A DNA stretch of 25,439 bases from an uncultured Propionivibrio sp. GTDB taxonomy: Bacteria > Pseudomonadota > Gammaproteobacteria > Burkholderiales > Rhodocyclaceae. Where the stretch lies: positions 1 through 25,439 of the forward strand of contig CAZFSH010000005.1 in assembly GCA_964521935.1 (NCBI GenBank), in the 5' to 3' direction. The notes below the pieces were generated by a model. It did not search any database. It was not told the origin of the DNA and saw only the letters and a program-made list of their open reading frames with translations. The stretch's first letter is position 1, and every line of letters starts with the position of its first letter. The position numbers were made by a program, and so were the translations under genes. Shown here piece after piece: positions 1 through 6,753 of the stretch.

Positions 1-1472
1 CAGGATTCGTGGGCAAAAAAATGCGCAAAGTTGCGTGCCACCTCAAACATGTCACGCTGGCCGTTAAACACCATGAAGGCCCCGGCTGTGGGCAGGTCTT
101 CAAAGCCGAGGCGGCGATGGAATTCGTGAGCGGCCAGGCAAATGCCGGACGGGCCGGAAATCTGCACCGCCTGGACATCGCTGGCAGCGCCACAATCGGC
201 TAGCACTTGCGCGACGCTGACGCCGTAATCGTATTCGTAAATGCCGGGGCGGGCGCAATCACCGGATACCGAAAGCAGTTTGCTCCCCGCCGATTGCGCC
301 GTGCCGTGCTGTGCATAGGCGGCCCCGCCATCGTGGGCGATCAGGCAGGCGGCGGCGAGGGTTTCGACGTTATTGACCGTCGTTGGCTGATTGAGGTAAC
401 CGGACACGACGGGGAAGGGCGGGCGAATGCGCGGTCGGCCGGGCTTGCCTTCGAGCGACTCGATCAAGGCGGACTCTTCGCCACACACATAAGCGCCCGC
501 GCCGAGGTGAATCTCAATATCGAAACTCAAGCTGCTGCCGAGAATGTTTGCGCCAAGCAAACCTTCGTTGCGCCGTCTCACAGCGACTGACTTTAGGTGG
601 TCGAGCAGGTAGCGATATTCGCCGCGCAAATAGAGCAAGCCGCGGCTAGCACCGATGGCATGGGCGGCTATGGTCATGCCTTCCAGCACCAGATCGGCAT
701 AGCGGGTGAGCAAAACGCGGTCTTTGAAGGTGCCCGGCTCGCCTTCGTCGGCATTGCAGACAACGAAATGGTGAGCGCCTTCTGCGGCTCGGCAGGCGCG
801 CCATTTTTGCGCAGTGGAAAAGCCGGCGCCGCCGCGACCGCGCAGCTTGGCGATCTCGATTTCATTGAGCAAGTCATCCGGCGTCCGGCGTAGTGCGGCG
901 GCCAATGCGGCGCCGGGGGCGAGCGTGTTACCGAGTAGCAAGCCGCTGCGCTGGATGTTGTCGTGAATGGCAAACCAGTCGGCCGGCCACTGCGCGATGG
1001 GGGTTTGCGAACGAATCAGTTCGGCCATCTGGTCGATACGCGCGGCATCCAGCCGAGTGATCGCGCGGCCGTTGACCAAGGCCGCCGGCCCTTGGTCGCA
1101 CATGCCGGTGCAGGATGTCGTGCTCACGCAGACCAAGCCATCTTCCGAGACTTTGCCAGCTTCCAGCCACAGCGACTTGCAGAGCTGTTCGACCAAGGCA
1201 GCGTTGCCGGCCATCTGGTCGGTAATGTTGTTGCTGAACAGTACGCGGTATCGGCCGGCCGGTTGTACGTGCAGAAAGCTGTAAAACTCGGCTGTCGCTT
1301 CAACTTCTGCGCGCGAAAGGCGCAAGGTCTGGGCAACGTGGTTAAGCACGGGAGGCGGCAACCATCCGCCGAGCTCATCCAGCTCTTGGAGTTCGATGAG
1401 TATCTGCAGCAAGTGGCTGGCATCGTGCTGATGCCGACGCAAAATAAGGTCAAGCGCAGTGGTCGCGATCAT
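1..1472 (-). CDS. hoxF: NAD(H)-dependent (group 3d) hydrogenase diaphorase subunit HoxF (NuoE+NuoF-like fusion), 3' end outside the window
   Basis: Not in the ORF track because it has no stop in the window. Hand translation from ATG 1472 is open to the window edge: MIATTALDLILRRH...FYSF...CTGMCDQGP...LRGRGGAGFSTAQKW...VCNADEGEPGTFKDR...GAGAYVCGEESALIESLEGK...NNVET...ISGPSG...FFAHESC. Confidence 0.88.
   Translation of the reverse strand, partial: MIATTALDLILRRHQHDASHLLQILIELQELDELGGWLPPPVLNHVAQTLRLSRAEVEATAEFYSFLHVQPAGRYRVLFSNNITDQMAGNAALVEQLCKSLWLEAGKVSEDGLVCVSTTSCTGMCDQGPAALVNGRAITRLDAARIDQMAELIRSQTPIAQWPADWFAIHDNIQRSGLLLGNTLAPGAALAAALRRTPDDLLNEIEIAKLRGRGGAGFSTAQKWRACRAAEGAHHFVVCNADEGEPGTFKDRVLLTRYADLVLEGMTIAAHAIGASRGLLYLRGEYRYLLDHLKSVAVRRRNEGLLGANILGSSLSFDIEIHLGAGAYVCGEESALIESLEGKPGRPRIRPPFPVVSGYLNQPTTVNNVETLAAACLIAHDGGAAYAQHGTAQSAGSKLLSVSGDCARPGIYEYDYGVSVAQVLADCGAASDVQAVQISGPSGICLAAHEFHRRLGFEDLPTAGAFMVFNGQRDMFEVARNFAHFFAHES
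569..594 (-). repeat. Dispersed 26-bp motif, copy 1 (AAAGTCAGTCGCTGTGAGACGGCGCA on - strand), inside hoxF
   Basis: 25/26 identical to the copy at 4872-4897 and 24/26 to the copy at 14182-14207. Confidence 0.9.
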
Positions 1473-1478
1473 GGGCAC

Positions 1479-1520
1479 ATGCTAGAGCAAGAAAATAGCT
1501 TGCAGTTTGCGTTGCATCAA
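1479..1520 (-). promoter_or_regulatory. FNR/CRP-family box (TTGAT-GCAA-CGCAA, 1520-1507) plus -10 TAGCAT (1484-1479) for hoxF
   Basis: 8/10 match to TTGAT-N4-ATCAA. The centre lies 41.5 nt upstream of the hoxF ATG, and the -10 hexamer sits at -12..-7 relative to that ATG. Confidence 0.65.
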
Positions 1521-1555
1521 AGGACGCGTGGGTCGTGGCGTGACGGAAATAGGCG

Positions 1556-2863
1556 CTAATGACCATAAGACGTTATCTCGTGGGCAATTTTGTCCAGCGG
1601 CACGATCTTGTCCACGCCGCCCATGGAAATCGCCACTTTGGGCATGCCGAATACCACACAGCTGAATTCGTCCTGTGCAACCGTGCTGGCGCCGGCGTCG
1701 TGCATTTCTTTCATGCCGCGTGCGCCATCGTCGCCCATGCCGGTAAGAATGAAGCCGAGCGCGCTGGCACCGGCCGCTTGGGCGACCGAGCGAAACATCA
1801 AGTCGACCGAGGGTTTGTGTCGGTTGACCAGCGGGCCATCGGCGATTTCGAGGTGATAGCCGGCACCGCTGCGTTTGATCATCATATGTTTTCCGCCCGG
1901 CGCGATGAACACTTTGCCACGCTGGACTTTGTCGCCATGGGCCGCTTCTTTGACCTCAACCTTGCACATGTCGTTTAGCCGGGTGGCGAACATGGCGGTA
2001 AATTTTTCCGGCATGTGCTGAACGATAACGATGCCGGCACAGTTGGCAGGCAATTGGGTCAGAATGACTTCCAGCGCCTGCGTGCCGCCGGTGGAGGAGC
2101 CAATGGCAATGAGTTTGTCGCCGCCGGGCATGGCATGTATGCCGGGTTTGGCCGCAAGCATGGCATCGGCGGAGTTTTTCATACGAATGCCATCACTGGT
2201 AAATGATATTGCCGCATTTGCCTGGGTAGCCTGGGTAGCGTGACTAGATGGCAAGTGCGCAAAGCGTGGAGTCGAGACCAGATTTTGGCCGGGAGCTTGG
2301 CTCGTGGAGCGGATAGGGGTTGGGGTAGGGATTTTCGTTGTCGGGTGCAGCGGTGTTCTCGTCTGCGCACTGAGTGGCTGTGCGTGCGTGCGTGCATCCA
2401 GATGCAGACTGGTGGGGGCCGCATTGCGCGGTGCGCGAAAACTGGCGCGCGAGGCTTCGCGTATGGCGGCAGAGAGTTTCAGTCCGGCTTCCTGTAAGGA
2501 CGATAACAGGGTGGTCTGTGGTTTTTTTACCGTGGCGAGCGCCCCGGCAGACATGGCGTCTATCCCGAGCATGGCGGTGCGGCTGCTTAGCTGGGAAAAG
2601 ATGACCACCGGCGTGGGTTTGTCCGCCATGATCTGCTTGAGCAAGGCGAGACAATTGCCTCCCACACCACGCGAGTTTTCAATGTCTAGCACTACGACAT
2701 CGGGGTTTTCGGCCTTGATTCGGCGCAGTGCCGCGCCGGGATCGGCGAGGATCTCCAGTATCTGCAAATCGTTTTCGCGGGCCAAACGGTCGCCGCACAA
2801 TCGCTGGGTGGCGATGGTGTCGTCAACAAATAAGACGCGAACTTTCCCGCGTGTGGGAATCAT
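1556..2863 (-). CDS. cheB: Chemotaxis REC-methylesterase CheB with an unusually long linker
   Basis: N-terminal REC (VDD, D60, KKP) and methylesterase triad motifs IGSSTGG, VQHMP and GMGDDG; C-terminal VVFGMP. Confidence 0.95.
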   Translation of the reverse strand: MIPTRGKVRVLFVDDTIATQRLCGDRLARENDLQILEILADPGAALRRIKAENPDVVVLDIENSRGVGGNCLALLKQIMADKPTPVVIFSQLSSRTAMLGIDAMSAGALATVKKPQTTLLSSLQEAGLKLSAAIREASRASFRAPRNAAPTSLHLDARTHAQPLSAQTRTPLHPTTKIPTPTPIRSTSQAPGQNLVSTPRFAHLPSSHATQATQANAAISFTSDGIRMKNSADAMLAAKPGIHAMPGGDKLIAIGSSTGGTQALEVILTQLPANCAGIVIVQHMPEKFTAMFATRLNDMCKVEVKEAAHGDKVQRGKVFIAPGGKHMMIKRSGAGYHLEIADGPLVNRHKPSVDLMFRSVAQAAGASALGFILTGMGDDGARGMKEMHDAGASTVAQDEFSCVVFGMPKVAISMGGVDKIVPLDKIAHEITSYGH

Positions 2864-2873
2864 TTTCAGATCG

Positions 2874-3719
2874 TCAGACGGGCAACTGGTAGATCGTCGG
2901 TTTGATGTTTTTCAGTGTATCAGTCAGCCCGGTAAGGCTCTCAGAATGGCCAATAATCAGGTAGCCGCCGGGGTGCAGACGTTCGGCAATGCGTGCCACC
3001 ACACGGCGCTTGGTCTCCGCATCAAAATAAATCATGACATTGCGCAAAAATACCGCGTGGTACTTGCCGAGCGTTGACGGTAGTGGCATGTTCAGATTGA
3101 CCTGCAGAAATTTTGTGTGCTGCTTGATCTCGGGGCGAATGCTGAAGCTGCCGCTATCGGGGCTACTATTGAAGCCGCTTTCTTTGGTGCAGTATTTGCG
3201 CAGGTAGTCAGGTGGTAATCCGCGCGTGCGTTCGAGCTGATACGTACCGCGTTCGGCGGTCTCCAGCACCGTGGTGCATAGGTCCGAGCCGGTTACCGTC
3301 CATTTGCCACTGGTGCTGAGCTTGTCGGCGAGCACAAAGCTGATGGTATAAATTTCTTCTCCCGTCGACGAGGCGGCGCTCCAGATGTCGAGTGAGCTGC
3401 CTTTCGGGTGCTGCGCGATGACGGTGTTGGCGAGAAATTCAAAATGTCCCTGTTCGCGGAAAAAATAGGTCTCGTTGGTGGTGAGTAAATCCACCATGGT
3501 TTGCAACTCGCGCGTTTGCCCCGGCTGATTAACCAAACGGTAATAATCCTGAAACGTGGGCAGATTAAGTGTGCGCAAGCGCTTGCTTAGACGGCCAGCC
3601 AACAAAACTTTTTTTGAGTCAGCCATGCGAATGCCAGCGATTTTGTAAATCAGCGCTTGAAACAACGCGTATTCGGCATCAGTGAGCTGGGGCGGTGCAG
3701 TGGATGGTGTAAATAGCAT
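2874..3719 (-). CDS. cheR: Chemotaxis protein methyltransferase CheR
   Basis: TTNETYFFRE, WSAASSTGEE, LRNVMIYFD and GGYLIIGHSESL motifs. Confidence 0.95.
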   Translation of the reverse strand: MLFTPSTAPPQLTDAEYALFQALIYKIAGIRMADSKKVLLAGRLSKRLRTLNLPTFQDYYRLVNQPGQTRELQTMVDLLTTNETYFFREQGHFEFLANTVIAQHPKGSSLDIWSAASSTGEEIYTISFVLADKLSTSGKWTVTGSDLCTTVLETAERGTYQLERTRGLPPDYLRKYCTKESGFNSSPDSGSFSIRPEIKQHTKFLQVNLNMPLPSTLGKYHAVFLRNVMIYFDAETKRRVVARIAERLHPGGYLIIGHSESLTGLTDTLKNIKPTIYQLPV

Positions 3720-3806
3720 GGCGAAAATAGGCGATGGTGTCTGGTGATTGTAGGGGCTATCGACATGCTTTCCGCACTTCTTTCGGCAAGCGAGCGGCTG
3801 TAAACC

Positions 3807-3834
3807 TTGCCTCAGCTGATGGGTCTGTTACGAT
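3807..3834 (+). promoter_or_regulatory. Putative sigma70 promoter for the HD gene
   Basis: TTGCCT-N16-TACGAT with an extended TGn. It overlaps the track's TTG start, which supports the later ATG at 3876. Confidence 0.4.
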
Positions 3835-3875
3835 GCCGTCCGGCGTGGAATGAACCGCCTTTTTATTGCTGCGTG

Positions 3876-4829
3876 ATGACCAATACTCCTCCTTCGTTTG
3901 CGCTGGGTAATGTGACCGACTCGGAAGAGGTCGAGGCTCAGGTGTGCGCGATTGTGACGCGCTTTGCCCCGCACCATGATTTGGGGCACATTAAAGATAC
4001 CTTCTCACTGGTCCGTCAGTCATTTTCCGGCGATCTGAGCGGCTACGGCGACTTGAAGACGCTCTATCACAACCACTTACACACGAATGAAGTGGTGCTT
4101 TGTTCCGCCCGCATGCTGCATGGCTTGCAACTGGCTGGCCGTGGGTTGGCGAGTCACTATATTGATGCCGCCTTGATAGGCGCGCTGATGCACGATATCG
4201 GTTATTTGATGCGCGACAGCGAGCGCGAGGGTGCAACTGCGGGTGCCCCTGGTGGTGCCGCCGGCGCCGGCAGTACAGGCGCCCAGTTCACGGCCACCCA
4301 CGTCATGCGCGGTGTTGATTTTGCGCGCGACCACCTCAATACGTTGCCGCCGGATTTGCTCGAATCAACGGTCAAGGTGATACAGGTGACCGATCATCGG
4401 CAACATCCGGACTGGGTGAAATTCACCAATCCGCAGGAACAACTGGCCGCTTACGCGACAGCCACCGCTGATCTGGTGGGCCAGATGGCCAATCGCGAAT
4501 ACCTGGAACGCTTGTTGTATCTGTATTTTGAGTTTCAGGAAGCCAATCTTGGCGGTTTTGCCGATATTCATGATCTGTTGGAAAAAACCGCAAATTTCTA
4601 CAACATTACCCGGCAACGTCTGGATAAGGATTTGAACGGTCTGACCAGTCATTTGGCCGGCCACTTCGCCGACATGCGTGGCGAAGGGCGTAATTTTTAC
4701 GCCGAATCCATAGAGCGCAATCTGGCCTATCTTGAACGCCTGCTCGCGGAATCACGCGCGCGACGATTGGACATGCTTAAACGCGGCGGCGTCGTGGAGC
4801 AGGTACGCGGTGACTTGCCCGGGGGGTAA
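3876..4829 (+). CDS. HD-superfamily metal-dependent phosphohydrolase
   Basis: YHNHLHT...MHDIGY...H...TADL metal-ligand pattern. Start moved from TTG 3807 to ATG 3876 (GTG 3873 is an alternative). Confidence 0.8.
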   Translation: MTNTPPSFALGNVTDSEEVEAQVCAIVTRFAPHHDLGHIKDTFSLVRQSFSGDLSGYGDLKTLYHNHLHTNEVVLCSARMLHGLQLAGRGLASHYIDAALIGALMHDIGYLMRDSEREGATAGAPGGAAGAGSTGAQFTATHVMRGVDFARDHLNTLPPDLLESTVKVIQVTDHRQHPDWVKFTNPQEQLAAYATATADLVGQMANREYLERLLYLYFEFQEANLGGFADIHDLLEKTANFYNITRQRLDKDLNGLTSHLAGHFADMRGEGRNFYAESIERNLAYLERLLAESRARRLDMLKRGGVVEQVRGDLPGG

Positions 4830-4830
4830 T

Positions 4831-4865
4831 AAAAAGAATCGCCTACAGACTGACGTGCTGTAGGC
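4831..4865 (-). terminator. Intrinsic terminator for the DUF465-DUF2189-YhhN operon
   Basis: GCCTACAG/CTGTAGGC stem (4841-4865), followed on the - strand by GATTCTTTTT, between convergent genes. Confidence 0.65.
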
Positions 4866-4871
4866 ACGGGG

Positions 4872-4897
4872 AAAGTCAGTCGCTGTGGGACGGCGCA
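4872..4897 (+). repeat. Dispersed 26-bp motif, copy 2 (AAAGTCAGTCGCTGTGGGACGGCGCA), overlapping the YhhN stop codon
   Basis: 25/26 identical to copy 1. Confidence 0.9.
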
Positions 4898-5562
4898 CGC
4901 ACGATAGCACTCGCGGCAATCAGCCATTGGCCACCCCAGTAGGTCAGCATGATCGGAAACGCAGCGCCTGTGAGCGGTTGGGCAAAGCGGTTGATGCCGA
5001 TCAAGGTATCGGAAAACGCGAAGAGCAGAGCGCCAGCAAGCGGAAGCCAGCGTGCTGCACGACTAGGACTAGCCGTATGTGAGGGGGAAGGCGCCGCCAC
5101 CGCCGCTGCGCGCCAGAGCATGGCGCCAATGATGCTCATGTAGACAACGACTGGAATGGTCAGCTCGGCGGTTCCCGGTAGCATCAGCTGCAAGGCAAAC
5201 GCCAAGTAGATGACTACCGGCACAGCCAAGACTACGAAGAATGTTGCTTGCCAGCGCCAAAATGCCCAGACATAGAGGCTGTGACCAATGGCAAAGGCGA
5301 GCATGCCCAATACAAACGCACCCGGCGTATTGAGCAACACATCACCCATGGCACCGAAGATCAAACCGACGGCAATGCGTCGCTCTGCGCCCGGTTCTCG
5401 CCAAACCCAGGCCGCCATCGCCAGAACCGGAATGCCCTTGACCACGAACTGGACCGTCGCCAGATCAAGTGCCATGCCAACCAAGTAGATGCAGGCGGTG
5501 AGGCTGCCGATCAAGGTGATGAGGGGCAGGGTGATGGCAGATTTTTCGGCTGTGCTGGTCAT
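4876..5562 (-). CDS. YhhN / lysoplasmalogenase-like integral membrane protein
   Basis: Multi-TM protein with family motifs KGIP, GDVLL, F(A)IGHSLY, GALLFAFSD and TYWGGQ. Confidence 0.85.
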   Translation of the reverse strand: MTSTAEKSAITLPLITLIGSLTACIYLVGMALDLATVQFVVKGIPVLAMAAWVWREPGAERRIAVGLIFGAMGDVLLNTPGAFVLGMLAFAIGHSLYVWAFWRWQATFFVVLAVPVVIYLAFALQLMLPGTAELTIPVVVYMSIIGAMLWRAAAVAAPSPSHTASPSRAARWLPLAGALLFAFSDTLIGINRFAQPLTGAAFPIMLTYWGGQWLIAASAIVRAPSHSD

Positions 5563-5597
5563 TATTCGTACTCGTAGTGTGTGGCTATAGTATGTGG

Positions 5598-6458
5598 CTA
5601 TTGTGCGCTATGACTGGAAACGGGGAGATCAGCTTGCGGCTCAACGAGCGCCCGGAAGGCATGCCAAGTGGCATGACCCACCCAGGGGCCGGTAATGATC
5701 AGCCCGACAAAGCCGGTAAGCATGCCCAGTCCAATCAGCAGGAAAATCAGCGCCCCCCATACCAACACTGCCGGCAGGTTGCGTGACAAGGCGAGTACGC
5801 TAACGATCATGGCCGTGATGGCATCTTGATCTCGCTCAAGCATCAACGGGATGGATACCAGTGAAATGGCAAATACCAGTGCGGCAAAAAAACCGCCGAG
5901 CAGGAAGTAGGTCACCAGGAACTCCACATCCTCGAAGCGCACCACTTCGGCAATAAAGCCCGTCAGGCTCGGCATGCCGCCCTCGTAAAACAAAGCAAAA
6001 GCCACCATCGAGGCGCGCGCCCAGACCAGATAAATGATGATCAGAATGACCGAATAAATGCCAATAGCGCCGCGTGTGGTTTTCCATGCAGTCAAGGTTG
6101 GCAGCAGGCGTACCGTTTGCCCTGATTCGCGCTGACGGGAGAGTGCATACAGTCCAATTGCGAGGAAAGGGCCGACAAGCATGAAGCCGGCGGTCAGGCC
6201 GGAAACCAGGTGCACGGCGAAGTTGAAGACCAGCAACATCAGCCAGCCCATGACGGCAAAGCTGACGCCGTAAAACAGGCTGGCCACACCGCAATAGCGC
6301 AGGTCTTGCCAGCCGGCGGCCAGCCAGCGAAATGGTGCCGACAAGCCCAGGCCGGAACGGACAACCGGAAACGCAACCCGTGGCACCGGTGGTGGGACCA
6401 GGTGCGGGACGGCGGTGCGTGCTTCGGGTGGGGTGTTTGGCGGCTCAGGCGTATTCAT
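5598..6458 (-). CDS. DUF2189-family integral membrane protein
   Basis: WLAAGWQDL, GFMLVGPFLAIGLYALSR, SIPLMLER and GHATWHAFR motifs; multiple TM helices. Confidence 0.8.
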   Translation of the reverse strand: MNTPEPPNTPPEARTAVPHLVPPPVPRVAFPVVRSGLGLSAPFRWLAAGWQDLRYCGVASLFYGVSFAVMGWLMLLVFNFAVHLVSGLTAGFMLVGPFLAIGLYALSRQRESGQTVRLLPTLTAWKTTRGAIGIYSVILIIIYLVWARASMVAFALFYEGGMPSLTGFIAEVVRFEDVEFLVTYFLLGGFFAALVFAISLVSIPLMLERDQDAITAMIVSVLALSRNLPAVLVWGALIFLLIGLGMLTGFVGLIITGPWVGHATWHAFRALVEPQADLPVSSHSAQ

Positions 6459-6654
6459 CGGGATCGATCTGCCGTTCGAGTGTGGTGATGCGATCTTTGA
6501 GAATTAGCTTGCGCTTTTTCAGTCGGCGCAGGGCTAATTCGTCACCCGTTGGGTGATCAATCAACCGGGCAATGGCTTCATCAAGATCGCGATGTTCCAA
6601 GCGCAATTCGATCAGTTCGCGTTGCAGATTGTCGGCAGGCAAAATCGTGTCCAT
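6445..6654 (-). CDS. DUF465 (YdcH-like) small coiled-coil protein
   Basis: LRLEHRDLDEAI...LRRLKKRKLILKDRI signature. ATG 6654 is preferred over TTG 6660. Confidence 0.85.
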   Translation of the reverse strand: MDTILPADNLQRELIELRLEHRDLDEAIARLIDHPTGDELALRRLKKRKLILKDRITTLERQIDPDEYA

Positions 6655-6753
6655 GAGCAATCTTAAGTGGCTTGTGAAGCAGGTGGAATTCAGAATAGCG
6701 CGGTAATAGTAGCCTGTATGCGCCCATGGACATTTCCTGACTAGAATGGCTTG

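Noticed and set aside
207-590. Plus-strand ORFs 9-203, 207-590, 597-893 and 963-1559, and the other overlapping short ORFs in the track
   Set aside because: They are antisense or alternate-frame shadows of real genes such as hoxF. The APSHSD ending of 207-590 simply reflects motif copy 1.
1158-1183. Possible degenerate sixth motif copy in hoxF (TCTGCAAGTCGCTGTGGCTGGAAGCT on - strand; 12-nt exact core AGTCGCTGTGGC)
   Set aside because: Only about 16/26, and both outer blocks (AAA.TCAG and ACGGCG) are broken. Needs a genome-derived PWM to judge.
1090-1250. HoxF NuoE-like domain lacks the first Cys pair (FSNNITD) of the [2Fe-2S] site
   Set aside because: A degenerate or absent N1a-type cluster is already known for HoxF of group 3d hydrogenases.
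2380-2395. (GTGC)4 tract in the cheB linker as a phase-variation switch
   Set aside because: Four tetranucleotide units is too short to be convincing without population read data.
3740-3790. Possible sigma28 promoter (GTCGATAG) upstream of cheR
   Set aside because: Poor -35 match and spacing.
5065-5100. YhhN loop APSPSHTASPS resembling the motif-encoded APSHSD
   Set aside because: DNA alignment to the motif needs several indels; not supportable.
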